A stretch of DNA of 64,000 bases from Thermoanaerobaculia bacterium (GTDB lineage: Bacteria > Acidobacteriota > Thermoanaerobaculia > UBA5066). The number at the start of each line of letters is the position of its first letter. The stretch's first letter is position 1. A program made the translations under genes and the position numbers. The notes under the pieces are model-generated. The model made no database searches, was not told the DNA's origin, and worked only from the letters and a program-made list of their open reading frames with translations. Shown piece by piece: positions 20,014 through 29,935 of this stretch. The stretch is taken from positions 1-64,000 of the forward strand of contig JBBRRY010000003.1 of NCBI GenBank assembly GCA_038245905.1. The letters run 5' to 3'.

Positions 20014-20943
20014 ATGAAGGTCTCATTCGTCACCTGCGACGTCTTCACGGACCGCCCCTTCGCCGGAAATCCGCTCCTCGTCGTGCCCGACGCCCGCGGG
20101 ATGACGCCCGCCCAGATGCAGGCGGTCGCGCGCGAGATCAACTACTCGGAGTCCACGTTCGTTCTGCCCCCGAAGGACCCCGCACATGCCTACTGGCAGC
20201 GGACGTTCGTCCCGGTCAAGGAGATCCCGTACGCCGGCCACCCGACCGTCGGGACCGCCGTCGTGATGGCCTCGCTCGGGAAGGTGGCCGCGGGAGCTCC
20301 CGACGGCGTCCATCCCCTCACGATCGAGGTGGGCTTCGGTCCGGTTGGCCTCGAGCTTCTCAAGAAGGACGGCCGCGTGTCCCGGGTGCGTATGCAGCAG
20401 GGGCGCCCGGAGTGGAAAGAGCCTATCGCGGGCGACGACGTGAAGGGGCAGATCGCGGCTGCGCTCGGCGTGCCGTTCGACGCGCTCCACGCATCGCTTC
20501 CTCCGCAGGCGGTCGGGACAGGCAATACGTTCCTCATGGTGCCTCTCGCCTCCGTGGCGGCCGTCTCGTCTGCGCTCGCCGACATGCGGATGCTGAATCA
20601 CGTCGAGAAGGAGCTCGGCGTCCTCGGCCTCTTCTTCTTCGCGTTCGACGAGGCTTCCGGAAAAGCGCGCCTCAGTGCCCGCATGTTCGCTCCGGGCGCC
20701 GGCGTGCCCGAGGACCCCGCGACGGGCTCGGCAGCGGGCCCCCTCGGCGTCTACCTCGCGCTCCACGGGGCTCTCCCGGGAGGAGTGGCGGAGGGACGCG
20801 GGCGCTTCACAATCGATCAGGGCGTCGAGATGGGCCGTCCATCGGAGCTCGAGGTGACGGTCCTTCTCGAGGGCGACCGCCCCACGGCCGTGCGCGTCGA
20901 GGGAAGCGCGGTCCTGATGATGCGGGGCGAACTCGAGGTCTAG
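20014..20943 (+). CDS. PhzF family isomerase
   Basis: DVFT..PF.GNP, INYSESTF, AGHPT, EDPATGSA, QG.EMGRPS. Confidence 0.92.
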   Translation: MKVSFVTCDVFTDRPFAGNPLLVVPDARGMTPAQMQAVAREINYSESTFVLPPKDPAHAYWQRTFVPVKEIPYAGHPTVGTAVVMASLGKVAAGAPDGVHPLTIEVGFGPVGLELLKKDGRVSRVRMQQGRPEWKEPIAGDDVKGQIAAALGVPFDALHASLPPQAVGTGNTFLMVPLASVAAVSSALADMRMLNHVEKELGVLGLFFFAFDEASGKARLSARMFAPGAGVPEDPATGSAAGPLGVYLALHGALPGGVAEGRGRFTIDQGVEMGRPSELEVTVLLEGDRPTAVRVEGSAVLMMRGELEV

Positions 20944-23675
20944 CTCTTCCTGCGGGCGCGGGGCTTCGCGGCCTTCGCCGACTTCACGGGCTTCGCCGGA
21001 GCGCTCTCGGCGGGCGCGGTGGCCGGCTTCGAGCGCGATGCGCGCTTTTTAGCGCCCTTGGCGGGCGCGGGCGCTCGCGCCTCGACGATGGCGGCTTCGA
21101 GCGCGCCTTCGGGAATGCGCGTCGTGGGCTCGAAAAGATCGAGGTCGCTCGCGGCGACGTCGAGGCCGCAGCCTTCCGTCTCGCAGACGTAGAACGGACC
21201 CGCCTTGCGGTCCCGGACGAGAAGGTACGGCGCCTTGCAGTTCGGGCACGTCTTCGGCACCGGCCGCGCCTTGAAGTTCTTCTCGCATGACGGGTAGTTC
21301 GAGCAGCCGAAAAAGGGCCCGAAGCGCCCCCGCCGCACGAGGATGTCTCCCGACTTGCAGACGGGGCACTTCACGCCGGTGAGTGTCACGGGTTTCGGCG
21401 GCTTGAAGCGGCAAGCCGGGTAGTTCGAGCACGAGACGTAGTCGCCGAACCGCCCGTGGCGCGTGACGAGCGCGTGGTCGCAGTTCGGACACTTCTCGCC
21501 GGTCGGGACGTCCGGCTTCGCCTCGGCCTTCCCGCCCGCGACCTTCACGGGAACGGTGTTGCGGCAGACGGGATACGCCGTGCAGCCGAGAAACGCCGAG
21601 CCGCTCTTTCCGGTGCGGAGCTTCATCGGGCTGCCGCACTCCTCACAGGTCTGGCCTTCGACGTCGGTTGCGTCGATCGGGTCTTCCTCGACCTCGGGGA
21701 TATCCTGCGTGAAGTCGCATTCGGGATAGCCCGAGCACGCGATGAAGAGACCCGCCTTGCCCATGCGGAGCTTGAGCGGATGGCCGCTCTTCGGGCACGT
21801 GTCGCCGGGGTCGTTCGTCAGCCTGAAGTCGATGAAGTGCTTCCGGACCTCGGCGAGCGCGAGCCCCGCCTTGACCGAGACCATCTTCTTGCGGGCCTTG
21901 TCGCGGTCCCTCACGAATTTCCCGTCGAACTCGGCGAGGGCCTTGCGCCAGTCGAGCTTCCCTTCCTCGACTTCGTCCAGCTCCTCCTCCATTTTCGCGG
22001 TGTACGCGGTCTGGAAGAAGTCGTCGAAGCCCTCGCGGATGAGATCCACGACGAGGCGCCCGAGCGGCGTGGGCGTGAAGCGGCGATCCTTCTTCCTCAC
22101 GTATTCGCGGTCCTCGATCTTGCGCATGATCTCGGCGTAGGTCGAGGGCCGGCCGATGCCGTTCTCCTCGAGAAACTTCACGAGGGAGCCCTCGTTGAAG
22201 CGAGGCGGAGGCTGGGTCTCGTGCCCCTCGGCCGCGACGGAAACGAGCGTCAGCGGGTCGCCCGCGAAGAGGGCCGGGAGGCGCACCTTGTCGCTGCCAT
22301 TTCCGTCTCCGGCGTTTCCGTCGGCAGCCTCGCCGTCCGTCTCGGTCTTCTCTTTCTCCTCCACGTCGGGCTCGGCTTCCTTCTCGTACACCCGGAGCCA
22401 GCCTGGGTCCTTGAGGACCGTCCCGGAGGCGCGAATGCCCGCGGTCTGACCTGCCTTCACCGCTTCGATTTCGACGGACGTGACTTCCGAGATGGACGGG
22501 CTCATCTGGGAGGCCACGAACCGGTTCCAGATCAGGCGGTACAGCTTCATCTCGTCCGGGGCCAGGTACCTGGCGACGGCTTCGGGCGGAAGGTCGAGCG
22601 AGGTGGGGCGGATGGCCTCGTGGGCATCCTGCGCATCCTTCTTCTGCCGGAAGCGCCGCGCCTCCTCGGGAAGCGCGCCCGGCCCGTATGTCCGCCCGAT
22701 GAAGTCGCGCACGGCGACGAGCGCTTCCTCGGCCGAGCGCGTCGAGTCCGTGCGCATATACGTGATGAGGCCGATCGTGCCGCGGTCACCGATCGTCTTG
22801 CCCTCGTAGAGCCGCTGCGCGATCTGCATCGTGCGGCGGACGCTGAAGCCGGTCCGCGCCGCGTTCTGCTGCAGCTTGGACGTCGTGAAGGGCGGCGGCG
22901 CGCTTCCCTTCCGCTCCTTGGCGTCGACCTTCGCGACCGAAATCGTGGCGCCCTCGACGTGGGCGCGCGCGGCCTCGGCCTTTTCGGCGGAGGAGAGGCG
23001 CGGGTCCGTCCCGTCGAACCGGAGCTTCTCGCCCCTCCAGAGGACGACCCGCGCCGGGAAGGTGGTCTCGCCCTTCCGGAGGGTCACGGGAACCGAGAAG
23101 TAGGGGACGGGGACGAAGCGCTCGCGCTCGCTCTCGCGCTCCACGATGATGCGGAGCGTGACCGTCTGGACGCGTCCCGCCGAGAGCCCTCTCCACAGCT
23201 TCGTCCAGAGGAGGTCCGAGACCTCGTACCCGACGAGGCGGTCGATGATGCGGCGGGCCTGCTGCGCGTTGACGCGGTCCTGGTCGATGACGCCCGGGTG
23301 GGAGACCGCGCGCGTCACGGCCGCCTTCGTGATCTCGTGGAACTCGGCCCGGTGGAAGATCGTGTTCGGAAGACTCGGCTTCAGGATCTCCTGCAGGTGC
23401 CAGCAGATCGCCTCACCCTCGCGGTCCGGGTCGGCGGCGAGATAGATCGTCCCGGCGCTCTTCGCGGCCTTCTTCAGATCCTGGACCGTGCGCTCCTTGC
23501 CCGCCAGGATCTCGTAGGTGGGCGTGTAGCCATGCTCCCGGTCGACCGCGATTCCCTTCTTCTGAAGGTCGCGGACGTGGCCGTAGCACGCCATGACGGT
23601 GAAGTCCTTTCCGAGGAACTTTCCGAGCGTGGCGGCCTTCGCGGGCGACTCGACGATGACAAGTGATTTCGCCAT
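20940..23675 (-). CDS. topA: DNA topoisomerase I
   Basis: IVESPAK, DPDREGE, SAGRVQ, ITYMRTDS; five C-terminal Zn ribbons and a Lys/Ala tail. Confidence 0.97.
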   Translation of the reverse strand: MAKSLVIVESPAKAATLGKFLGKDFTVMACYGHVRDLQKKGIAVDREHGYTPTYEILAGKERTVQDLKKAAKSAGTIYLAADPDREGEAICWHLQEILKPSLPNTIFHRAEFHEITKAAVTRAVSHPGVIDQDRVNAQQARRIIDRLVGYEVSDLLWTKLWRGLSAGRVQTVTLRIIVERESERERFVPVPYFSVPVTLRKGETTFPARVVLWRGEKLRFDGTDPRLSSAEKAEAARAHVEGATISVAKVDAKERKGSAPPPFTTSKLQQNAARTGFSVRRTMQIAQRLYEGKTIGDRGTIGLITYMRTDSTRSAEEALVAVRDFIGRTYGPGALPEEARRFRQKKDAQDAHEAIRPTSLDLPPEAVARYLAPDEMKLYRLIWNRFVASQMSPSISEVTSVEIEAVKAGQTAGIRASGTVLKDPGWLRVYEKEAEPDVEEKEKTETDGEAADGNAGDGNGSDKVRLPALFAGDPLTLVSVAAEGHETQPPPRFNEGSLVKFLEENGIGRPSTYAEIMRKIEDREYVRKKDRRFTPTPLGRLVVDLIREGFDDFFQTAYTAKMEEELDEVEEGKLDWRKALAEFDGKFVRDRDKARKKMVSVKAGLALAEVRKHFIDFRLTNDPGDTCPKSGHPLKLRMGKAGLFIACSGYPECDFTQDIPEVEEDPIDATDVEGQTCEECGSPMKLRTGKSGSAFLGCTAYPVCRNTVPVKVAGGKAEAKPDVPTGEKCPNCDHALVTRHGRFGDYVSCSNYPACRFKPPKPVTLTGVKCPVCKSGDILVRRGRFGPFFGCSNYPSCEKNFKARPVPKTCPNCKAPYLLVRDRKAGPFYVCETEGCGLDVAASDLDLFEPTTRIPEGALEAAIVEARAPAPAKGAKKRASRSKPATAPAESAPAKPVKSAKAAKPRARRKS

Positions 23676-23702
23676 AAGCGGAGGGTCACGATGCCACGTC
23701 TG

Positions 23703-24833
23703 TCAACTCTTTGCCCGTACCCTCACGAAAAGGGCCCCCGGGAGGACGGTCACGAGGCCCTCCAGCTCGAGGTGGACAAGGGCCGCCGAGAAGCGTGCCG
23801 CGCCGAGTCCGGTCGTCTTGAGGAGAGTGTCCGCGTCCTTCGCCTCGTCGGTATCGAGACCCGAAAGGAGAGCCGTGGCGTCCGGCGAAAGATGATCGGG
23901 AATCGGCAGCGCCTCGCGCTCGAGGACCGATCGCCGGAGCCGGCGACGCTCCTCCTCGGGCAGCTCCTGAAGGAGGTCGTCGGCGTTTCTCACCAGGATC
24001 GCGCCGTCCTTGAGAAGCGCGTTCGACCCCGAGGCTCCCGGCGAGAGAATCGAGCCCGGGACCGCGGCCACGTCGCGGCCATAGCCCGTCGCACAGCGGG
24101 CGGTGATCAAGGAGCCGCTCTTCTCGGCCGCCTCGACCACGCACACGATGCGCGCGAGACCGGCGATGATGCGGTTGCGCACCGGGAAGTTCCACGGCTC
24201 GGGCTCGGTCCCCATCGGGAATTCCGAAAGCGCGACCCCCGCCCCAAGAAGCGCTCCGAGGAGGCCCTTCTGCTCGGGCGGGTAGCAGACGTCGACGCCG
24301 CAGCCGAAGACGGCGACCGTCTGCCCGCCCGCGTCGAGCGCCGCACGATGGGCCGCCGCGTCGATGCCGCGGGCGAATCCCGAGACGACGTTCACGCCGG
24401 CCTCCGCCAGGCCCGCCGCGAGGGCCCGCGCGGCGTCGAGGCCCGCGCGCGATGCGCGGCGCGCTCCCACGACGGCGATCGCCGGCGCGTCTGGGAAGGC
24501 GAGGCCGCGCGCAAACAGGACGGGAGGCGGGTCGTGGATTTCGCGCAGGAGGGCGGGGTACCCCGGGTCGGTCAGAAAGAGAACGCGCGCGCCCGAATCC
24601 TGGAGTCTCCGGGCGTCCTCACGGATCTCCTGTCCCTCGTCTTCCTCGAGCAGCGGCGCGACGACCGCGCGGTCCTCACCCGCGATCCGGGCGGCCTCTT
24701 CCGGGGACAGCGCACGGACGGCGGCGGGCGAGCCGGCCGAAAGAAGGAGCGTTCGGACGGCGCGGGCGGCCCTGCCGCGCCCCTTTCGGGCCCAGATGAG
24801 TCCTGTCCGGGCATCGGTCGCTCCGCTGCTCAT
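23703..24833 (-). CDS. dprA: DNA-processing protein DprA
   Basis: VSGFARGID..AH, FPVRNRII.G, SGSLITA; C-terminal winged helix. Confidence 0.95.
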   Translation of the reverse strand: MSSGATDARTGLIWARKGRGRAARAVRTLLLSAGSPAAVRALSPEEAARIAGEDRAVVAPLLEEDEGQEIREDARRLQDSGARVLFLTDPGYPALLREIHDPPPVLFARGLAFPDAPAIAVVGARRASRAGLDAARALAAGLAEAGVNVVSGFARGIDAAAHRAALDAGGQTVAVFGCGVDVCYPPEQKGLLGALLGAGVALSEFPMGTEPEPWNFPVRNRIIAGLARIVCVVEAAEKSGSLITARCATGYGRDVAAVPGSILSPGASGSNALLKDGAILVRNADDLLQELPEEERRRLRRSVLEREALPIPDHLSPDATALLSGLDTDEAKDADTLLKTTGLGAARFSAALVHLELEGLVTVLPGALFVRVRAKS

Positions 24834-24881
24834 GCGGCACCCCTCTTGCTGAGAGAAGAAGTCTCAAGAACGATGTCTATA

Positions 24882-25496
24882 ATGCCCGACCTCTCCGTGA
24901 CGCGCCGCCTTCGTTCCACCGCCGCGCTGCTCGTGGCCGTCGCCGCCGCGGGAACGATCGCGTGCGCGTCGCCCCAATCCCGAGAGGTCGCCGCCTGGAA
25001 GGTCCAGAACTCCTACGGGAGCGAGATGGCTCACAAGGGCTTCTGGCGCGAAGCCCTGTTCCGCTATGAGAAGGCGGCAGCCCTGCGCCCCGACAATCCA
25101 GAGGTCCAGAACAACCTCGGGGTCGCCTACGAGAGCATTGGGGAGACCTCGCGCGCTCTGGCGGCCTACAAAAAAGCCCTCGAGCTCGCGCCCGGGGACG
25201 CAAAGATCAAGCGAAACTACGCGCGCTTCGCCGAGTACTACACCTCCGTGCAGCGGGCCTCCTCGCTTCCCGCCCCATCCAGCTCCAGCCCGGCCGTCCG
25301 CCCTTCTCCTTCGCCCGCTTCAGAAGGGGGCGGCAAGCCCGGCTCGGCCGAGCCTCCGCTGCTCCCCCCGGCGGTCGGCATCGTGCCGTCCGGCACGTCG
25401 CCCGGATCTCCCGTTCCACCAACTGCCCAGAATCCGCCGGCTCCGCCGCAGGCGCCAACCCCCGGCCTGGCCGGCACTCCACCGGGAGGCCGATGA
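24882..25496 (+). CDS. TPR lipoprotein with Pro-rich tail
   Basis: IAC lipobox; TPR motifs (NNLGVAYE..G....A...YKKAL); start could be 24873, 24882 or GTG 24897. Confidence 0.8.
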   Translation: MPDLSVTRRLRSTAALLVAVAAAGTIACASPQSREVAAWKVQNSYGSEMAHKGFWREALFRYEKAAALRPDNPEVQNNLGVAYESIGETSRALAAYKKALELAPGDAKIKRNYARFAEYYTSVQRASSLPAPSSSSPAVRPSPSPASEGGGKPGSAEPPLLPPAVGIVPSGTSPGSPVPPTAQNPPAPPQAPTPGLAGTPPGGR

Positions 25497-26200
25497 GAGG
25501 CCTGCGGCGCACCGCCTCCTCGGCGCTCGCCCTGACCCTCCTCATCGCGTCCGGCTGCTCCGGCGGGGCGAAAGAGGTCAAGCTCCGTCTTCCTCTTCGC
25601 CCGAAGCTCGCCGTCACGGGGCGCGAGCGTATGTCGCTCGCTCCGTTTCTCGTCGCGTCGAAACTCTCCGACAAGAAGGATGCTCCGCGCTACAAGGACC
25701 TCGACCTCGACGCGGAGTTCCGGCGCTATCTCGGCAAGCAGCTCGGCAAACGCACGAAGATGACGATCGTGACGATGCCTCCGGATGTCCGGCTTCCCTC
25801 GTCGAACCTGAAGGATCTCGGCGAAGCCGTGGATTTCTGGCGCGGCGTGGGGACGCGGACGGGTGCCGACATTCTCCTGACCGGCGTCGTCGACTTCCGC
25901 GTGGAAAACAAGTCAGGCTACCGCGCCGAGGAATACCGCAGCCCGATCGACAACCGGATTTACTACCGGCAGGTCCTCGTCGAGTCGACGGGATTTACGT
26001 TCGACGTGACGATCATCGCGATCGACGGGCATACGGGTCTGAAGCTCTTTCAAGAAAACTTCCGGGACACGAAGGAGAAGAACCGCCGGGCCACGGACGA
26101 GCTCGTGGGCCTCTTCGAGAACCTCTTCTCCCTCGAAAACCAGCTCCTCGGACTCTTCGTGGTGCGCGAGAGGGAGGCGAACCGGTATGTTTTCGACTAG
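25493..26200 (+). CDS. Lipoprotein, possibly CsgG/TolB-N-like fold
   Basis: ASGC lipobox; G..TGADILLTG.V..., IIAIDG.TG; ATGA overlap. Confidence 0.65.
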   Translation: MRGLRRTASSALALTLLIASGCSGGAKEVKLRLPLRPKLAVTGRERMSLAPFLVASKLSDKKDAPRYKDLDLDAEFRRYLGKQLGKRTKMTIVTMPPDVRLPSSNLKDLGEAVDFWRGVGTRTGADILLTGVVDFRVENKSGYRAEEYRSPIDNRIYYRQVLVESTGFTFDVTIIAIDGHTGLKLFQENFRDTKEKNRRATDELVGLFENLFSLENQLLGLFVVREREANRYVFD

Positions 26201-29060
26201 GTTACGAGCAGCCCCCCCGGTTCTCGCCGCGGCGCTCCTGGCACTGTTCGCGCTCCCGACCGACCTCTTCGCCGCGGGCCAGAACAAGATCGTCTACGAC
26301 AAGTTCGACTGGCAGATCTATCAGTCGACGCACTTCGACATGTACCATTATTCGCGAGAGCGCCAGACGCTCCAGAAGGTCGTGTCGATGGCGGAGTCGG
26401 CCTACGACGAGCTGTCACGCCGGCTGAACTACCAGATCCCGAAACGCATTCCGATTATTTACTACGCGACGCACGCCGAGTTCGAGCAGAACAACATCGA
26501 GCTCAACTTCATCCCGGAGGGCGTCGGCGCCTTCGCCGAACCCGCCCGCAACCGGATGGTTCTCCCGATCGACCTGCCGGACGAGAAGCTCCAGGCGCTC
26601 ATCCAGCACGAGCTCACGCACGTCTTTCAGTACGAGATCCTGTTCGGCGGCCGACTCGGCCGCGCGCTTACGGCGAACGTCCCGACCTGGGTCGTCGAAG
26701 GGATGGCCTCGTACTACGGAAACGACGAGGACGACAAGGACCGCATGTACCTCCGGGACGCGGTCAACCAGGACCTCATCCCGCCCATCACGAAAGTGAA
26801 CATCGAGGGCTATCCCGCCTACCGTTTCGGCCACGCGGTATACGACTTCATGGAAGCCGAGTGGGGCAAGGACGCCGTCCGCGATTTCGTCTTCGAGTAC
26901 CGTTCCTTCCTCGGCCGTGACGTCGCCGTCGCCCTCAAGCGCGCGTTCGAGATCCAGCCGGACGACTTCGACCTCAAGTTCCGCCGGTATCTCAGGCGGA
27001 AGTACCTTCCGCTCCTCGCGTCGAAGGGCGAGGCCAGCGAGTACGGGGAGCGCTTCCGCGTGGGTCCGTACGGCCGGGAATCCTTCGAGATCGGCGCCGC
27101 GCCGTCCCCTTCCGGCGAATTCGTCGCCACGCTCACGACGGTCAAGGGCGACGTCGACATCGCTCTGCTCTCCGTCCGGAGCCGCAAGCTCTACAAGAAC
27201 CTCTCGGCTGGCCATACGACGAAGTACGAGTACATCGTCGGCCAGTACCTCACGACAGGCCCGGAAAGCGGGCGCGATCTCTCCTTCGCGCCGGACGGCG
27301 ACCGCATTGCCGCCTTCGGCCGGCAGGAACGCGGCCGTAAGCTGCTCATCTTCTCCGCGAAAGGCGGCGGGCTTCTCGAGCGGATCGCGGTCGCCCCGGA
27401 TGTGCCGCTGGCGCCCTCGTGGTCTCCGGACGGAAACTCGATCGTCTTCTCCGGTATCGAGGGGAACAGCCGCGACATTTTCCTCCTCGACATGAAGACG
27501 CGGGCGGTGAGGAACCTCACGAACGACGCCGAATACGACGAGGCGCCCGTCTTTTCGCCCGACGGCAAGTGGATCTATCACTCGAAGATCGTGGCCGGCC
27601 TCTCGAAAATCGTGAGGTTCCCGATCGACGATCCAACCAAGAACGAGCAGGTCACGTGGGGCGACGGCAGCGACGAGGACCCGTCCTTCTCGCCGGACGG
27701 CAAGCGGATCTACTACGCCTCCTCGCGGGGCGGAATCTTCAACATCTACGGCCAGGATCTGGCCACGGGCGAGATCTTCCAGTACACGGACGTGATCGGC
27801 GCCGCGCTCGGACCGGCCGCTTTCACCGGCCCCGATGGCCAGGAAAAGATCGTCTTCTCCGGCTTCCAGGGCCTCCGCTTTCAGCTCTACGTCGCCGACG
27901 CCAAAAAGCCGTTCAGGAAGCTCGACGAGCGCGCGCTGCCGCCCGCGCCGGTCAAGACGGGCGGAACGGCGGGCTTCGTCCCCGCCGTCGAGGTCGCGGT
28001 CGACCCCGAGAAGCTCTCGCGCCCGAAGTTCAAGTTGTTCCTCGACAACGCGCAGCTGCTCGCGGGCATCAACTCGGACCAGACCTTCGTCTCACAAATC
28101 CTCCTGTCGTTTTCGGACTACCTCGGCGATCACCGGTCGTTCTTCCAGTTCGACTCCGTGTCCACGTTTTCGAATTTTCGCGTCGGCTATTTCAACATCG
28201 CGAGGCGGTTCCAGTGGGGCCTCCAGATCTATGACGATCGCCAGTACTTCTACGGATACAACTACGAGACGGGCGACTTCACGCGCGATCAACGGATCTC
28301 GCGCGACACGGGCGTCTCCCTCGCTGGCTACTACCCGATCTCCCGCTACACGCGCGTCGAGGGAAACATCGGATTCGTGAGCCGCTCGCTCGACGTCCCT
28401 TATTCGATTTCGAACCTCGACGGGACCCAGTCGGTCTTCTACGACCCCCGGACGGACAACGTGCCGACGGCAGGGGTCGGTTTCTCGTACGACACGACGC
28501 GCTACGCGAGCTTCGGTCCTCAGGGCGGCAAGCGGATGGACCTGAACTTTCAGTACACCCCGTCTTTCCAGGCGGGAGAGACCACGCTCTCGTTCGACAC
28601 CTTCGCCGAGGCCCGCCTCTATCTGCCGCTGTCGCGGCGCGTGCTCATCGCGATGCGCGGCTTCGCGGGCTACTCGCGCGGCGCGGCGCCGACCGTGTTC
28701 TCGTTTGGGGGCCTCGACACGCTTCGCGGCTACGACTATCGGAGCGTGATCGGAAACAACGTCTTCTACCTGAATACGGAGTTCCGTTTCCCACTCATCG
28801 ACCTCATCGCGACCCCGATTCTCCAGTTCGGCGGCATTCGGGGCCGGGTCTTCGTCGACGTGGGCGGCGCCTGGCTCAAGGACCAGTCGTTTCAATTCAT
28901 GGAGGACGGCCGCTTGAAGAACGGGCTTGCCTCTTTCGGCGGCGGCTTCAGCGTGTATTTTCTCGGCCTCCCGTGGAACGTGGACTTCGCGAAGCGGTGG
29001 GACTTCCACTCGTCGCTGTCCGACTGGCAGACGACGTTCTACATAGGGGCGACGTTTTAG
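26187..29060 (+). CDS. Omp85-family outer membrane protein with N-terminal gluzincin peptidase and PD40/TolB-like beta-propeller
   Basis: HELTH...EGMA; multiple SPDG repeats; GG.DTLRGY loop; C-terminal Phe. Confidence 0.85.
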   Translation: MFSTRLRAAPPVLAAALLALFALPTDLFAAGQNKIVYDKFDWQIYQSTHFDMYHYSRERQTLQKVVSMAESAYDELSRRLNYQIPKRIPIIYYATHAEFEQNNIELNFIPEGVGAFAEPARNRMVLPIDLPDEKLQALIQHELTHVFQYEILFGGRLGRALTANVPTWVVEGMASYYGNDEDDKDRMYLRDAVNQDLIPPITKVNIEGYPAYRFGHAVYDFMEAEWGKDAVRDFVFEYRSFLGRDVAVALKRAFEIQPDDFDLKFRRYLRRKYLPLLASKGEASEYGERFRVGPYGRESFEIGAAPSPSGEFVATLTTVKGDVDIALLSVRSRKLYKNLSAGHTTKYEYIVGQYLTTGPESGRDLSFAPDGDRIAAFGRQERGRKLLIFSAKGGGLLERIAVAPDVPLAPSWSPDGNSIVFSGIEGNSRDIFLLDMKTRAVRNLTNDAEYDEAPVFSPDGKWIYHSKIVAGLSKIVRFPIDDPTKNEQVTWGDGSDEDPSFSPDGKRIYYASSRGGIFNIYGQDLATGEIFQYTDVIGAALGPAAFTGPDGQEKIVFSGFQGLRFQLYVADAKKPFRKLDERALPPAPVKTGGTAGFVPAVEVAVDPEKLSRPKFKLFLDNAQLLAGINSDQTFVSQILLSFSDYLGDHRSFFQFDSVSTFSNFRVGYFNIARRFQWGLQIYDDRQYFYGYNYETGDFTRDQRISRDTGVSLAGYYPISRYTRVEGNIGFVSRSLDVPYSISNLDGTQSVFYDPRTDNVPTAGVGFSYDTTRYASFGPQGGKRMDLNFQYTPSFQAGETTLSFDTFAEARLYLPLSRRVLIAMRGFAGYSRGAAPTVFSFGGLDTLRGYDYRSVIGNNVFYLNTEFRFPLIDLIATPILQFGGIRGRVFVDVGGAWLKDQSFQFMEDGRLKNGLASFGGGFSVYFLGLPWNVDFAKRWDFHSSLSDWQTTFYIGATF

Positions 29061-29061
29061 C

Positions 29062-29084
29062 GGGGAACCCCACGCGGGTTCCCC
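29062..29084. other. GC-rich hairpin after the Omp85 gene
   Basis: GGGGAACCC-cacgc-GGGTTCCCC; no U-tract. Confidence 0.5.
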
Positions 29085-29173
29085 CGGCCGCTCCGTGTCG
29101 ACCCTCCTCGTCATCTGTGAGGTCCATCACCGAGGAACCGACCGGCGCCGCAGAGGCTCATAATCCCTCCCCC

Positions 29174-29935
29174 GTGCGCGTTCGTGTCCTCGGAGCCCAT
29201 GGCGGCTCCTCGCCGTCTCATCGCCAGACGTCCTTCCTCGTGAACGGGACGGTCTGTATCGACGCCGGCGCGGTCACCGACGCGCTCACGCTCGACGAAC
29301 AGTCCGGCATCCGTGCCGTCCTCCTCACGCACGCGCACATGGACCACGTCGCGTCGCTCCCTTTCCTGGTCGAGAACGTCTTCGGCCGGAACGCGGCACC
29401 CCTGGAGATCGTGGCTCCGGAGGACGTCCTCGCCACCCTCCGGAAACACCTTTTCAACGACGCGCTGTGGCCCGACTTCTCGCGCCTGCCGAACGATCTC
29501 GTGCCCGCGGTGACCTATCGTTCCGTCACCGTCGGCGAGCCGTTTGCGCTTTCGGGGCTCGTCGTCACGGCCATTCCGGTGTCGCACGTCGTCCCGACCG
29601 TCGGCTACATCCTCGAGGAGGGCGGCATGAGCATCGTGTTCTCGGGCGACACGGGTCCGACGGACGCGCTGTGGCAGGCGGCGTGCGCGCGCCGGGACGT
29701 GAAGGGCCTCTTCGTGGAGTGCTCGTTTCCGAATTCCCTTCAGCCCCTCGCGGACGTTTCGAAGCACCTTACGCCCGCCACCCTCGGGTCCGAGATCCTG
29801 AAGTTTCCGCCGGGGGCGCCGATTCATCTCTACCACATGAAACCGCCGACCCTGGAGCGCCTCCGGGTCGAGGTCGCGAAGCTCGGGAACGCGCGGGTCT
29901 CGATCCTCGCGGATGGAGACGAGCTGGAGTTCTAG
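29174..29935 (+). CDS. Class II 3',5'-cyclic nucleotide phosphodiesterase (MBL fold)
   Basis: VLGAHGG, IDAG, THAHMDH, FN..LWPDF, HVVPT.GY, SGDTG, HLTP, YHMKP. Confidence 0.85.
   Translation: MRVRVLGAHGGSSPSHRQTSFLVNGTVCIDAGAVTDALTLDEQSGIRAVLLTHAHMDHVASLPFLVENVFGRNAAPLEIVAPEDVLATLRKHLFNDALWPDFSRLPNDLVPAVTYRSVTVGEPFALSGLVVTAIPVSHVVPTVGYILEEGGMSIVFSGDTGPTDALWQAACARRDVKGLFVECSFPNSLQPLADVSKHLTPATLGSEILKFPPGAPIHLYHMKPPTLERLRVEVAKLGNARVSILADGDELEF

Noticed and set aside
20014-20943. PhzF gene as evidence of phenazine synthesis or as a DapF substitute
   Set aside because: No other phz genes are present, and it lacks the two catalytic Cys of DapF
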